Shown here in pieces: positions 51,996-64,000 of a stretch of DNA of 64,000 bases. How positions within the stretch are numbered: position 1 is the first letter of the stretch; each line of letters opens with the position of its first letter. The position numbers and the translations under genes were made by a program. A model generated the notes under the pieces. It was given only the letters and a program-made list of their open reading frames with translations, searched no databases and was not told where the DNA came from. Origin of the DNA: Macrostomum lignano (taxonomy: Eukaryota); assembly GCA_002269645.1 (NCBI GenBank), contig NIVC01000037.1:62001-126000 (forward strand), given 5' to 3'.

Positions 51996-52719
51996 GTCTA
52001 ACTTTTTATTAAAATTTCTGTTAGGCGACATTCAATGTGTTACCGGTCACCAGAGGCCAGAGTCGGTTCAGATGAGGTACACAAAGCGGATCTCACCAGG
52101 GAAGAAGCGTCAACTGTCCGATGCTCTGACACTGAATTCTTCACCGCCTGGTCCAATCGTTAAACGAGTCACGAGCGAAGTCCCACTTCAATCGCCTGGT
52201 TTTAGCGTTGAGCGTGACAACCTAAAAATATCTGCTGTTGACTGCGAACAAAAAGGACTTTAATGGAGTTCTGCCGACTGCAGTGCTAGAGAAAAATGGA
52301 TCCCATGTTATATTTTTCCTATAAGTGAGTACCTCTGAACGCCACTTGGGCATTGAACTACCCTATGTACTGTAAAGACGGCGTGGGTTGCACGACAAGA
52401 CTTGTATTAAATCGTTACTGTTGTCCTCTTTGTAATGTTGCACTTTTAACGTTTTAAATACAATCTTTTCGGCTTCGTCTATGGCCCAGCCCGATATCGG
52501 GCAGAGAATGGGCCGTTTCTTAAGCAGTCTTTCCCGCAAAATCAAGCAGGAATATCGCCCCTTGGTGCCTATCATTTCTTTGGCCCGGTCCAAGTTTGGA
52601 AGAAATCTTTCCGTTTCTTTCTGTCTATGGCCCAAAGTCCCCGGATAATATAATAGAGCAAACATTGGCGTAACAAGAAATTTGTTGAGGAGGAGGGGGC
52701 GATTCTGGATAGTAAAGAC

Positions 52720-55700
52720 CACAGATAATAAATACCCTAGATGGTTCACTCAGCATTATCTTTATGCGTCAGTTTGATTTGCTACTCTCTGTCCAGTGGC
52801 ATAAGCGCATATTTGCTCTATTTTTTGTCTTGACATAAAATATTTGGAGAGAATGATGGTCTAGATGCCCGCGTCACACGCGCACAACCTTGGCGCTTTC
52901 AATTCTTTTATCTATGGCCAAGCTTGGCAGTGGATCGGAATTCTCAGGCGTAAAAACCACTAGTAAAATCTGCACCCACCCCAAAAAGGCGTTGGTCTTG
53001 GCCATAGACAGTCGAAGAAATCGATTGACTTCGTTTCTAGCTAGCAGTCAAGTGGGACGAGATACGGAGTTTAAAGTAATAAGGCAGGACGGAGAAAGAA
53101 AAGATTTTACTTCGCACTTTACCAGCAAGCAGTGCAAGAACGACAAAAACACCAGCAACGCTTCTTGCAATCACCATACTGACATGGAATTCAGCTCAAA
53201 GCGCTGCTGTGCAGCCACCTGCACCCATACAGCGCAATCTCTAACGGACGAGGGAGTGGCTGTGCGAATGCACAGGTTTCCAGCGGACGACGGAGTTGCG
53301 AATCGATGGAGGCAAATGCTGGAAATCGACTTGGACATCGGAGCCATTCGCAAGATGGGATTGCGAGTGTGCAGTGTGCATTTTACTGACAATGATTACA
53401 GCTGTCCTTCTCTGCGACATGAATATACCACACGTTTGCGATGGAATGCCGTTCCAGACAGGGAGCTGACTCTACCCCGCCTCATTGCACATGACCTGAC
53501 ACATTTGGTTTTTCGCAGTGACGAAGAGGCTGACAATCTCTATCCACCTGAACTGCAGCCATTCAACAGCACCGATGGTGAGCCGCCACAGGCCGAAGAG
53601 CAGCAGACAATGCCAACAGCCAACAGCTCAACCAACCAAGGTCATGCTGAACAACGAAGCAATAACATCATCGCTCAGCTGCGCAGCAAAGTTCGCCGCC
53701 AAAAAACCACCATCCGACAGATGCAAGCGCGAATAGAAAAAGCAAAAGCAGTCCAGTCGGGTAGCAGCAGCTCAATAGCTACTCGTCTGATGCAGCAGAA
53801 AATCAGGCGTGATGTTCGCAGTCGCGGCATGCGCTGGACCAAAAAAGACATTGCGTGCTCAATTCAGCTGCATCACAAAGGCTCGTCAGCTTACCGACTG
53901 GTCCGCAATAAGTGGAAAATTCCGCTACCATCAAGTTCGACAATTAGGCGGCGAATTCGACAGTATTTCGTATTGCCTGGGATTTGCAACTTGACGATAC
54001 GATCCTTGCAGTCCAAGTTTGATGCATCATCGACAAATCAGCAGCGGATTGCTACCCTTTGCTTCGATGGAATGAGTCTCACACCCAGCCTGCGCTACCA
54101 GCAACATCGTGACGTGGTGGTGGGCTGCGATCCACGAACCGCTGATGACAGCAAGGAGCAGTTGCCCAGACCTGTAAACGAGGCCATCGTCGCTGTGCTT
54201 CGAGGAGTCTTTCAGGACTGGAAACAACCAATCGCATATTATCCTGTTTTTCGAACTCTTGGCCAAGAAGGATTCGGGATAGCTATTGATGAGTGCCTGA
54301 CAGCTAGCCACAAGGCCGGGATTAAGGTCGTTGCACTGGTTGCGGATCAAGAGTCAACCCAGTGGGCTCACCTTTCCAGACGGGCTGACACTGCAAATCC
54401 TTTTTTACGTCACCCTGTAACCGGTGAGCCAGTCTACGTCATCGTGGACATCCCACATTGCCTAAAAAATGCTAGAAAAGCCCTGATGAAGAACGACATC
54501 AAATTCAACGAGTGCAAGCTAGCTAAGTGGCAGCATCTCATCCAGTTTTATCAGAACGACAGCGGCCCATCTCTCCGATTAGCAAGCAAGCTCACCGACG
54601 CTCATTTCAGCTTAGCTCTGGGTCAGAAGATGAAAGTATCGCTCGCAGCACAAGTGTTAAGCCATTCTGTTGCAAGTGGTATCAGGACTTTGGTCCATCA
54701 TAATGAGTTATCTGAGGATGCGTTGCAGACAGCTGAATTTGCGAAGCGTCTGAATGACATTTTCGACATGCTGAACTCAGCGCATCTCTATGGCAAAGGC
54801 TTCCAGCAGCCGATTCATCGCGATACTCTATCGGCGCAGATCGACCGTCTGACAGAGGCGGAAGACTTCGTGCGGAGCTGGCGCTTTCTCCCACTGAATG
54901 GGCGCGCTGTTAAGCCTACGATGCCATTCAAAGAAGGGTGGCTCCTATCGCTTTCTGCTACCAAGCAGCTGTGCACTACTCTCATTCGGGACCACCACTT
55001 TGACTACGTGTGTACTCGCCGATTTACTCAAGATCACGTTGAGGTAAGTTCACAAAATTTATTAAAAGCGAGACTATATTTCCATAATTAAATATTTAAA
55101 GATTACTTCACCCTAATTAGTGGTTCAGCAATGTACAAGAATTTGCATTGATGAAACAAAGGGCATCGTACAATTCTCCTCTTCAGAACCTTTTCTGCAT
55201 CATCCGCGGGCACAACGGTTTTAACGACAGACCAGAGCTCAGCTCCTTCGTCGGTGCCCTGCGGTCCGTGGCTGCCAGCGGCCTGGCCCAGCCTGACTCG
55301 ACGTCTCGCAACTGCGAAGACGACAACTGTGAGGCTGCCATCATAGCAGCCTGCGCCCCCACCGGTGCCGGAGACTGTGTGACTACCAAAGCGGGTCCAC
55401 AGAACTCAAGCAGTGTTGTATGCCAGGCACCACAGCAGCAGCTGCTCCAAAAAAAACTGGACTCCTGGCAGGGCGCAAGCAATGTCTCGCTGGAAGCTGC
55501 TGAGTACGTTGGCGGATATGTGCTAAAGCGAAGCCGAGTTCTTCACTGTCAGGTGTGCAACTCTTTGCTTACAGCATCCGAATCTGCAGGGGTTCACATC
55601 CAGCACAAGACCTACTCGCATGCATTCCGCGGGTTGACTGCGCCCTCGCCGGTGGCGCTTGTTGCATTTATGAAGATGGAAGCCGAGTTCGCAGCCCTGA

Positions 55701-56293
55701 CATCCAGCTTCATAATCCAGCCTCGTGTGGCAGCTCGGTTTGTTAACCACCTCCGGGAACAATTAGTAGCACTGCCTGCCTGCGAGCTGCATCACACGCG
55801 GGTGCATAATCAGGTTTTTAAAAATTTTGCTCACCTACGGCTGCACCATTGGTGCCGACGTGAAATGAAGAACCTGCGTGCAGTGGCCCAAAAAAAGAAA
55901 ACTATGGGGAAAATTCGCAAACTACACTAACTTTGTTACACTAGTATAACTTAAGAACTTTATAGTCGCATCCTTTTATTCTACGGTAATTTTAATTTCA
56001 CTGTATTATAAATATTACCCCGTTTTGTTCTTTTTTCTCACTTGCAATGCGCAAAAATGTTGCTTGCTTGCTAAATAAATAAAAATAATTACTGAGTATA
56101 CCAGTAGCAATGTAGCATTAAAGTTTGACTTACGATTGTGTAGACAACGTCAATAATCAATGTTTTAGCTTAATTATTCACAGCTACATGCAGTTGAATA
56201 AATAAATATAGCTTTTTACGATCATACTACCGAACAGAGAGTAGTTTTGCTAAATATAGTCGAGTGAACCATCTATGGTATTTAGTATCTGTG
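52720..56293 (+). mobile_element. Complete P-element-superfamily DNA transposon, 3574 bp
   Basis: 32-bp TIRs cacagata(a/c)taaatacc(c/a)tagatggttcactc with 2 mismatches; perfect 8-bp TSD gtaaagac (52712-52719 and 56294-56301); encodes a THAP transposase. Confidence 0.93.
53184..55930 (+). CDS. THAP-domain P-element (THAP9-like) transposase; exons 53184-55043 and 55187-55930 (867 aa)
   Basis: THAP C2CH motif (CCAATC, HRFP, W, CSVHF, AVP). Catalytic motifs CFDGM, ADQES, DIPHCLKNAR, QDHVE|NLF..IRG.NGFND.P. 143-bp GT-AG phase-0 intron; no stops in either exon. Confidence 0.92.
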
Positions 56294-57050
56294 GTAAAGA
56301 CCCAAGGGGGCGAAAATGCGCTGGGTACGAGTTTTTTTCAGTTCTCCGATTAAAAAGGGGGCGACCGGCCCCTTTTGCCTGTGGCGCCAAAACAATCGTG
56401 CCTAAAGCTGCAGGGGTCAAAGTGAGTGTCTGCTGCGCCAAAAATCAACAATTGCAACACCGCGATTGCCAATTTAATATAGGAATTTTTCATTCAGGAT
56501 TCTTGGCTTTGTCGGCCGGCTCCTACTACCATAAAATCCATGACGACGTCGACATCTGTGAGATAAATTTCCAGCTTGTGAAATGTAGAGGTTGTGTGGA
56601 ATTTTCTGATGAAAGGCTCCGCCTTCCAGTTTCAGCTGCAGCAAGGTAGCTGCACTCTTTGCAAATTTTCGCCAAAAGTTCTCCACCCTGGACAATGCAG
56701 TTCATAGATCGATTTTACAAGCTAAAAGTACAATAATTGATATTGTATACACCACCGTACTCAAAGTGTCCAGCTGTACCGCTGAAAATCAACATTCAAT
56801 CGGCATGGCTGATTTTATTGCAAACAGAAACAGTTAAATTAAAAACATCTATCAAAGAAACACAAAAAATTACTCAGCATCGCTGCTTTACAGTAGTACA
56901 TAGCGGAAATATAAAAAATGTAAGGAAAAGCAAACTTTTCGATTAAAATGCAATGAGGATGGTTGAGGCGCAGAGAAACAATAGACTAGAGAACTGGTCC
57001 GAAGCACATCTAACTGTCTGAGATTCAATTATTGGGCAAAACAATTAGAT

Positions 57051-57304
57051 CAGGGGTCGGCAAATTTTTTAAGAGGGAGAGGAGAGGGTAGAGGAGAGGG
57101 AATAAAGGAGAGAGAAAAGGAATAGGAGAAAGAAGAGACAAGGGAATTAAAAGGAGAGAGGAGACGTGAGGAGAGGAGAGAAGAGAGAGGAGACGAGAGA
57201 GAAGAGACACAAACCTTGAGCAGGCTAGATTGCTATTGTGCAGTTTCAAAAGGACCCGAGGGCCGGATAGAGAGGCTTTGCGGGCCGGATTTTGCCGACC
57301 CCTG
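57051..57304. mobile_element. hAT/Charlie-like MITE; a related partial copy lies at about 19295-19405
   Basis: TIR caggggtcggcaaa / tttgccgacccctg. No TSD recognisable. Confidence 0.7.
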
Positions 57305-57566
57305 ATTTACTCGTAGATGAAGCAGGAACCAATCGATAAGATTCTGTCTTAGCAAAAACCTCTGAGCAGTCAGTCGATTTCGACCCGGTCAGCTCCGGGA
57401 ACCCGGCTGTCCGAGTGCACCATGGCCTCGCGAATTCGCTTTCAGCTTCTGCTGCCGCGATTTGCTCAAATTATGCTGCGGAAATTCAGAGTTTTGCCGG
57501 CTTTATAGTCTTTGTTTATTAGTGTCAGGTATTTCAGTTGACTGACACAGATTGACTGCCGAACCG

Positions 57567-57656
57567 AACCTAATTAACCTAATTAACCTAATTAACCTAG
57601 TTAACCCAATGAACCTAATTAACCTAATTAACCCAATTTACCTAATTAACCTAATT
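57567..57656. repeat. 9-bp repeat (aacctaatt)n
   Basis: Direct observation. Confidence 0.9.
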
Positions 57657-57679
57657 ATTCTACATTAACCGCGCCTATA

Positions 57680-58521
57680 CTGTACCAAGGACTACTAGAA
57701 GAAGAAGGACAGGACACTTCGTTTCTTGGAAAATTTATTAAAGGCTGATTTTCACGGAAAAATGCATTAGCGAGATAGGAACTTTTCACTTTTTTCACTT
57801 TAAAATGATGATAGCTTTTTATTGGAAGCAGATACAAAGCTCTTCTTTTGATATAACTTACAAAACATGTTGCTTCAACGGATTTTATAAATATTTTTTT
57901 TACAATTAATTGATCTTCATATTACTTTAGTTACTAGCTATATCATGCAGCAATTATAGTTTAAAGCTAACTAGTGACTAACTTGAATTTTACAATATCT
58001 TTTTAATCGAATGCATATATTTATTAGCAATATCATAAAAAACAGTTGGCTATAATTATATGCCCAATTCACTGCTTATTCATTTTAGTTTTATACTTTT
58101 CATATAAAATAAGTATTTAATTATCTAGCTACCTTAGCTATGCATATAATTATAGCCAACTGTTTTTTATGATATATTGCTAGTAAATATATGCATTCGA
58201 TTAAAAAGATATTGTAAAATTCAAGTTAGTCACTAGTTAGCTTTAAACTATAATTGCAGCATGATATAGCTAGTAACTAAAGTAATATGAAGATCAATTA
58301 ATTGTAAAAAAATATTTATAAAATCCGTTGAAGCAACATGTTTTGTAAGTTATATCAAAGAAGAGCTTTGTATCTGCTTCCAATAAAAAGCTATCATCAT
58401 TTTAAAGTGAAAAAAGTGAAAAGTTCCTATCTCGCCCGTGCATTTTTCCGTGGAAATCAGCCTTTAATAAATTTTCCAAGAAACGAAGTGTCCCGTCCTT
58501 CTTCTAGTGGTCCTTGTACTG
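57680..58521. mobile_element. Foldback MITE with ~380-bp near-perfect inverted arms and an ~80-bp loop
   Basis: About 57680-58060 is the reverse complement of about 58140-58521. Flanked by TA; the right end reads cagtac in reverse (Tc1/pogo-like). Confidence 0.85.
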
Positions 58522-58650
58522 TACACAGGCAGGCACTCACACACACGCTCACACAGGGTGTACAGCAGCCCCGAATTTCTAATCGTCAGGCATGTACACT
58601 CTCTGTTGGGTTGGCCCTCATGGGTGAAATCGGACGACATTCAAGTTTCA
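58522..58650 (-). mobile_element. SINE-family core copy abutting the foldback MITE
   Basis: Minus strand catgagggccaacccaacagagagtgtacatgcctgacgattagaaattcggggctgctgtacaccctgtgtgagcg. Confidence 0.7.
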
Positions 58651-59144
58651 GGGTCTCACCGCCATAAGGTAGCCCTTGCCGTCAGCGGAACTGGCATTAG
58701 ACGAGAATGAGTCATCAAGAGGCGCCCACTTGAGCCGGGATCCAAAGCCGCTGGCCGCCTAAATAGGTGCAGAGTGGAAGAAGTAAGCAGGTGAGTAGGC
58801 CGCACCTGTGCCTTATAGATAACAACTAATTGCTCAACAAGTACCTGGTGACCTCCTGCTGGTTGCCTTGAGCCAACGCCAGCCATTGCGCTTGTAATCT
58901 GAGGAAAAAGTTGATGATAATATATGACATAAATCATTTCATTGTACATGTGTTAGTAGTGATGCTAATGTGTGTAGCGTGTGTTAGTGTTGGAGCATTT
59001 TCGAGTATTGTGAGTATTAGATAGCAGGTGTAAAATTTTAGCAGTCATATTTTTTACTACAACGTGCCGCAGTAACTTTAGCAGCGATGTGAGCTAAATG
59101 CACCTGATCACGGCTTTAAAGGTGTAGGCTGTGTGATTAGTAGA

Positions 59145-59837
59145 GGGGCTAGCAGAGAACAGGGGATAGCAGGGAACAGGGGCTAGGAGGGGACGGGGGC
59201 TACCAGGGGACAGGGGCTAGCAGGGGACAGGGGCTAGGAGGGGACAGGGGGCTACCAGGGGACAGGGGCTAGCAGGGGACAGGGGGCTAGCAAGGGACAG
59301 GGGGCTAGCAGGGAACAGGGGCTAGCAGGGGACAGGGGCTAGCAGGGGATAGGGGCTAGCAGGGAACAGGGGCTAGCAGGGGACAGGGGCTAGCAGGGGA
59401 CACGGCTAGCAGGGGACAGGGGCTAGCAGGGGACACGGCTAGCAGGGTACACGGCTAGCAGGGGACAGTGGGCTAGCAGGGGACAGGGGGCTAGCAGGGG
59501 ACACGGCTAGCAGGGGACAGGGGGCTAGCAGGGGACACGGCTAGCAGGGGACAGGGGGCTAGCAGGGGATAGGGGCTAGCAGGGAACAGGGGCTAGCAGG
59601 GGACAGGGGCTAGCAGGGGACACGGCTAGCAGGGGACAGGGGGCTAGCAGGGGACAGGGGGCTAGCAGGGGACACGGCTAGCAGGGGACAGGGGGCTAGC
59701 AGGGGACAGGGGGCTAGCAGGGGACACGGCTAGCAGGGGACAGGGGGCTAGCAGGGGACAGGGGGCTAGCAGGGGACACGGCTAGCAGGGGACACGGCTA
59801 GCAGGGGACACGGCTAGCAGGGGACAGGGGGCTAGAA
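59145..59837. repeat. ~17-19-bp G-rich minisatellite (ggctagcaggggacaggg)n
   Basis: Direct periodicity. Confidence 0.95.
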
Positions 59838-60124
59838 GTCGAGTTAAGCAGGGGAGTCAATGAACACAAATAACAAGAGGAGCTGCAGCAAGAAATTGCG
59901 TAAAAATGCATCATCAGTGTTGATGAAGCTCCTATCTGCACAAATTCCAATCAACATTAATAATCGCAGCAGTGAGCAGTTGTTAGTGCCGGCAAACAAA
60001 ACTGTTAATTACAGTATGCTCAAATCCTTGCACTGATTCCGTTTGCATGAGTCTGAAACATACTCCGGCCACGGAGTCGAAGACAAAAAACTAATGCATT
60101 TACATGTTCAAAGTTTTACATTGT

Positions 60125-60418
60125 TCACAAGCTCGAAAGTTCACAAGATCGAAAGTTCACAAGCTCGAAAGTTCACAAGCTCGAAAGTTCACAAGCTCGA
60201 AAGGTCACAAGATCGAAAGTTCAAAGCTCGAAAGGTCACAAGCTCGAAAGTTCACAAGCTCGAAAGTTCACAAGATCGAAAGTTCACAAGCTCGAAAGTT
60301 CACAAGCTCGAAAGTTCACAAGCTCGAAAGTTCACAAGCTCGAAAGGTCACAAGCTCGAAAGGTCACAAGCTCGAAAGGTCACAAGCTCGAAAGGTTACA
60401 AGATCGAAAGTTCACATA
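60125..60418. repeat. 16-bp minisatellite (aagctcgaaagttcac)n
   Basis: Direct periodicity. Confidence 0.93.
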
Positions 60419-60511
60419 GTCTAAAACGTGAAGTTTTGAGCTTGTGAACTTTCGAACTTATAAAACGTCAATAAGGCACCCGAGCTCTTCACTTTTCCCA
60501 ATCTGTCTCAC

Positions 60512-63500
60512 CTTGTTCAACTCGCGGCTGTCGATCATTTTGGCCATTTTGGTTGTTGCTCTTACTGGCTGCTGTCGATGGTGATGAGGAGGAGGCGATG
60601 GCTGCTGAGCGGTTGGTCGAGACGGAGCGGCGGCGACAGCAGCCCGAGGCTCAGCTATCGGAGGCAGGGAGCTCGCAGTCTGCTGCTGGTGCTTTGAACT
60701 TGCCGGCTGTCCGTGCGGATGCTGCTGCTGGTGCTTTGAACTCGCCGGCTGTCCGTGCGGCGGATGCTGCTGCTGCTGGAGTGCCGCAGTTCGGGTTTCA
60801 GACAATGTCAGACAATCAGACATCGATCTTTTCCATTTTTCCCGTTTTATTTGTTTCCTAAACTGTCGCTAAACTCTGATGCTAAAACTGTCGTTTCTCA
60901 TAGATCGATCTCTTTGCTTCTCAGTGCCATAATCACTTCCGGTTATTCACAGGCCCATTTTAACTTCTGCTTTTAACCCAAAACCTTATCACCTTTAGTT
61001 GGTTACCAGTCTGTCTTCTCACTTCCGGTTGATTACCAGTCTTTCTTCTTACTTCCGGTTGCCAGAAACCTTCTCACTTCTGGTTGGTTACCAGTCTCCT
61101 TTCTCAGTTTCGGTTGGTTACCAGTCTCTCTTCTCACTTCCGGTTGATTACCAGTCTTTCTTCTAAGTTCCGGTTTCCAGAAACCTTCTCACTTCTGGTT
61201 GGTTACCAGTCTCTCTTCTCACTTCCGGTTGATTACCAGTCTTTCTTCTAAGTTCCGGTTTCCAGAAACCTTCTCACTTCTGGTTGGTTACCAGTCTCTC
61301 TTCTCACTTCCGGTTGATTACCAGTCTTTCTTCTAAGTTCCGGTTGCCAGAAACCTTCTCACTTCTGGTTGGTTACCAGTCTCCTTTCTCACTTCCGGTT
61401 TGCTACCAACCATACCTGTATCAGCATACCAACCATACCTGTATCAGCACACCAACCATACCTGTATCAGCACACCAACCATACCTGTATCAGCACACCA
61501 ACCATACCTGTATCAGCACACCAACCATACCTGTATCAGCACACCAACCATACCTGTATCAGCACACCAACCATACCTGTATCAGCACACCAACCATACC
61601 TGTATCAGCACACCAACCATACCTGTATCAGCACACCAACCATACCTGTATCAGCACACCAACCATACCTGTATCAGCACACCAACCATACCTGTATCAG
61701 CACACCAACCATACCTGTATCAGCACACCAACCATACCTGTATCAGCACACCAACCATACCTGTATCAGCACACCAACCATACCTGTATCAGCACACCAA
61801 CCATACCTGTATCAGCATACCAACCATACCTGTATCAGCACACCAACCATACCTGTATCAGCACACCAACCATACCTGTATCAGCACCGGCGCTGAGGGC
61901 GGCGTCTGAAACTGCAACTGCGGCTGCTGTTGGAACTGCTGATAAGGCAGCATGGTAACTAACGGAGACTGCGCCGGATGCTGCAGCACCTGCGGATACA
62001 CTGGCAGGATGATTGGCTGGCCGAAAGCGCCACCGCTGAGTAGGTAAGCCGGCGCCTGTTGCTGGGCAGACGGGGGCCAGAAGGCCGGTGCGGGGGCAGC
62101 TCGAACCGGAAGCATCCTCTCAGGGGGAACCGAGTGGCGGTGCTGCTGAGTCAGCTGCGGCTGGAAGGGTGAGAGATGCAGCTGAATGACATTCTAGCTA
62201 CAGAGGGGGCGCCAGCTATACAGGGGGCGCCAACTACAGAGGGGGCGCCAACTACAGAGGGGGGCGCCAGCTACAGCTACAGGGGGCACCAGCTACAGGG
62301 GAGGGGGCGCCAGCTACAGGGGAGGGAGCGCCAACTACAGAGGGGGCGCCAGCTACAGAGGGTGCCAGCTACAGAGGGGGCGCCAGCTACAGAGCGTGCC
62401 AGCTACAGAGGGGACGCCAGCTACAGAGGGGGCGCCAGCTACAGAGGGGGCGCCAGCTACAGAGGGTGCCAGCTACAGAGGGGGCGCCAGCTACAGAGGG
62501 TGCCAGCTACAGAGGGGGCGCCAGCTACAGAGCGTGCCAGCTACAGAGGGGACGCCAGCTACAGAGGGGGCGCCAGCTACAGAGGGGGCGCCAGCTACAG
62601 AGGGGGCGCCAGCTACAGAGGGGGCGCCAGCTACAGAGGGTGCCAGCTACAGAGGGGGCGCCAGCTACAGAGCGTGCCAGCTACAGAGGGGACGCCAGCT
62701 ACAGAGGGGGCGCCAGCTACAGAGGGGGTGCCAGCTACAGAGGGGGCGCCAGCTACAGAGGGGGCCAGCTACAGAGGGTGTCAGCTACAGAGGGTGTCAG
62801 CTACAGAGGGGGCGCCAGCTACAGAGGGGGCCAGCTACAGAGGGGGCCAGCTACAGAGGGTGTCAGCTACAGAGGGTGTCAGCTACAGAGGGGGCACCAA
62901 TACAATAACTATGATGCGCCAATAAAAAGCTGGAGTTATTCTTACCAGCGAGTCCTCGCTGCGTACTCGCGGCATGACGGATGCGCCACCACGCTGCGGC
63001 GGCGGTTGCGACAGCAGCTTGGTTGGAGTTCTTGGCCGAAGCGGCGGCAGCGGCGGCGATGGTTTCGCCGGCCGGGACTCCGTCGGCCAGGATCGGTTCA
63101 GGCCGGAGCCGCGCTGCGCCGGAGCCAAGGGAGGCAGCAATCGGGGCGGCGGCTTCGCGGGTGGAGGCTGGGGCGGCGGCGGCCGATCAACGCCGCCGTA
63201 GTCGAGGTCCCGCCGGAGGCGGCTCAGCTCGGCTAACTGACCTGGCGTTGCCGGACCGTCGCCACCGTCGCCGTCGCCGTCATCGGCCTCTTCGCCGTCT
63301 GACGATCGAAAGTCGAGATCGATGGCGCCGCGCATGAGCAGCCGGGACTCGCTGGGCTCCGCCATCTGCACCAGGTCCAGCGGTGGCACCCGCTGTCGCT
63401 CCAGGTCGGCGAGGTCACCAGCGATGCGGTCGAGTCGGCGACGTAGCCGACGTTGGTACTGAGCCTCTTGGTGAAGCTCACGCGCCGCGGCCACGGAGTC

Positions 63501-63872
63501 GCGGGCGAGGCCGGCGGCCACCTCGGCAGGGCCAAAGACGACAGCGCGCCGCTGCTGGGACGTGAAGGAGGCTGCGGCGGTATCGCTGTCGAGGCTTCGC
63601 TCAAATGGCTGCCACGCGCTGTCGTTTGACCTGTTGACTGTCCAGCTGCTCATAAAGCGATAGTCGAATTCGTCGTCGCTCTGGCCCGGATAATCGACGT
63701 AAACTCGCTGCTCGACATTGTCGAAGCCATAGTCTTCGTAGTCGCTGTAGGCTTCGGCGGAGTCGGGGCGCGGACTTGGCAGCATTGAGTCCGCTCGCTT
63801 GAGTTTCGACCTTGGCACGATGAAATATTGACACAATGAAAGCATATTTGTTGAGTAGGAAGGCATAAACAT
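60512..63872 (-). CDS. Unknown Pro/Gln-rich protein, partial model: exons <=63872-62946, 62181-61876, 60775-60512; possible further exon from 58898
   Basis: GC-rich ORFs joined by phase-0 GT-AG introns (CTG|gtaaga, cattcag|CTG, CAG|gtatgg, ctccag|CAG, AAG|gtgaga). No family recognised; the start is uncertain. Confidence 0.5.
60995..61400. repeat. ~85-bp higher-order repeat of ~28-bp subunits (ggttaccagtct..ttctcacttcc)
   Basis: Direct periodicity. Confidence 0.85.
61403..61887. repeat. 23-bp minisatellite (accaaccatacctgtatcagcac)n, about 21 copies
   Basis: Direct periodicity; overlaps a predicted exon/intron junction. Confidence 0.96.
62195..62895. repeat. ~18-19-bp minisatellite (gccagctacagagggggc)n
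   Basis: Direct periodicity; intronic in the model above. Confidence 0.95.
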
Positions 63873-64000
63873 TTTGTTTTCATGAACTATTCTTATTATG
63901 CTTTGTAACTTTATAAGCTATAAAATAGTATCTATAAAACATTGGATTGAGGTGTCAGTATGCTTTTGTTCAGCATAGCCTAATTTTTCTATTAAAGACA

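Noticed and set aside
52363-52749. 128-aa minus-strand ORF at the P-element left flank
   Set aside because: It starts inside the TIR. Rejoining the empty site gives only a short open frame with no recognisable motif.
52890-53183. N-terminal extension of the transposase ORF from a TTG start
   Set aside because: The THAP domain normally sits at the N-terminus; ATG 53184 directly precedes it.
56605-56635. ctgatga followed by a hairpin, resembling a hammerhead ribozyme core
   Set aside because: No GAAA after stem II and no closing stems. Other ctgatga hits also fail.

Overview
Eukaryotic (animal) genomic DNA. GC-rich spliced exons are separated by introns and intergenic DNA full of mini- and microsatellites: about 29 arrays, roughly 30% of the window by hand tally. 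The style suggests a flatworm such as Macrostomum, but that is inference. Genes I can support: the last exon of an ovo/OVOL zinc-finger gene (+); a small secreted-peptide precursor candidate (-); a 4-exon TEX264 homologue with a long acidic tail (-); two tandem 4-exon BRCA1-like genes (-), each with a post-RING-like helix, a PALB2-type coiled coil and tandem BRCT domains but no RING found; an intronless ependymin-related gene inside the BRCT-splitting intron of one BRCA1-like copy; and part of an unknown Pro/Gln-rich gene (-). Mobile DNA: a complete, apparently intact THAP/P-element (32-bp TIRs, 8-bp TSD, spliced 867-aa transposase); a SINE>LINE>solo-LTR nested insertion; several MITEs; a piggyBac relic; and a tRNA-derived SINE family. 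Most long ORFs in the supplied track are tandem-repeat artefacts. All gene models and alignments were done by eye, with no database search.
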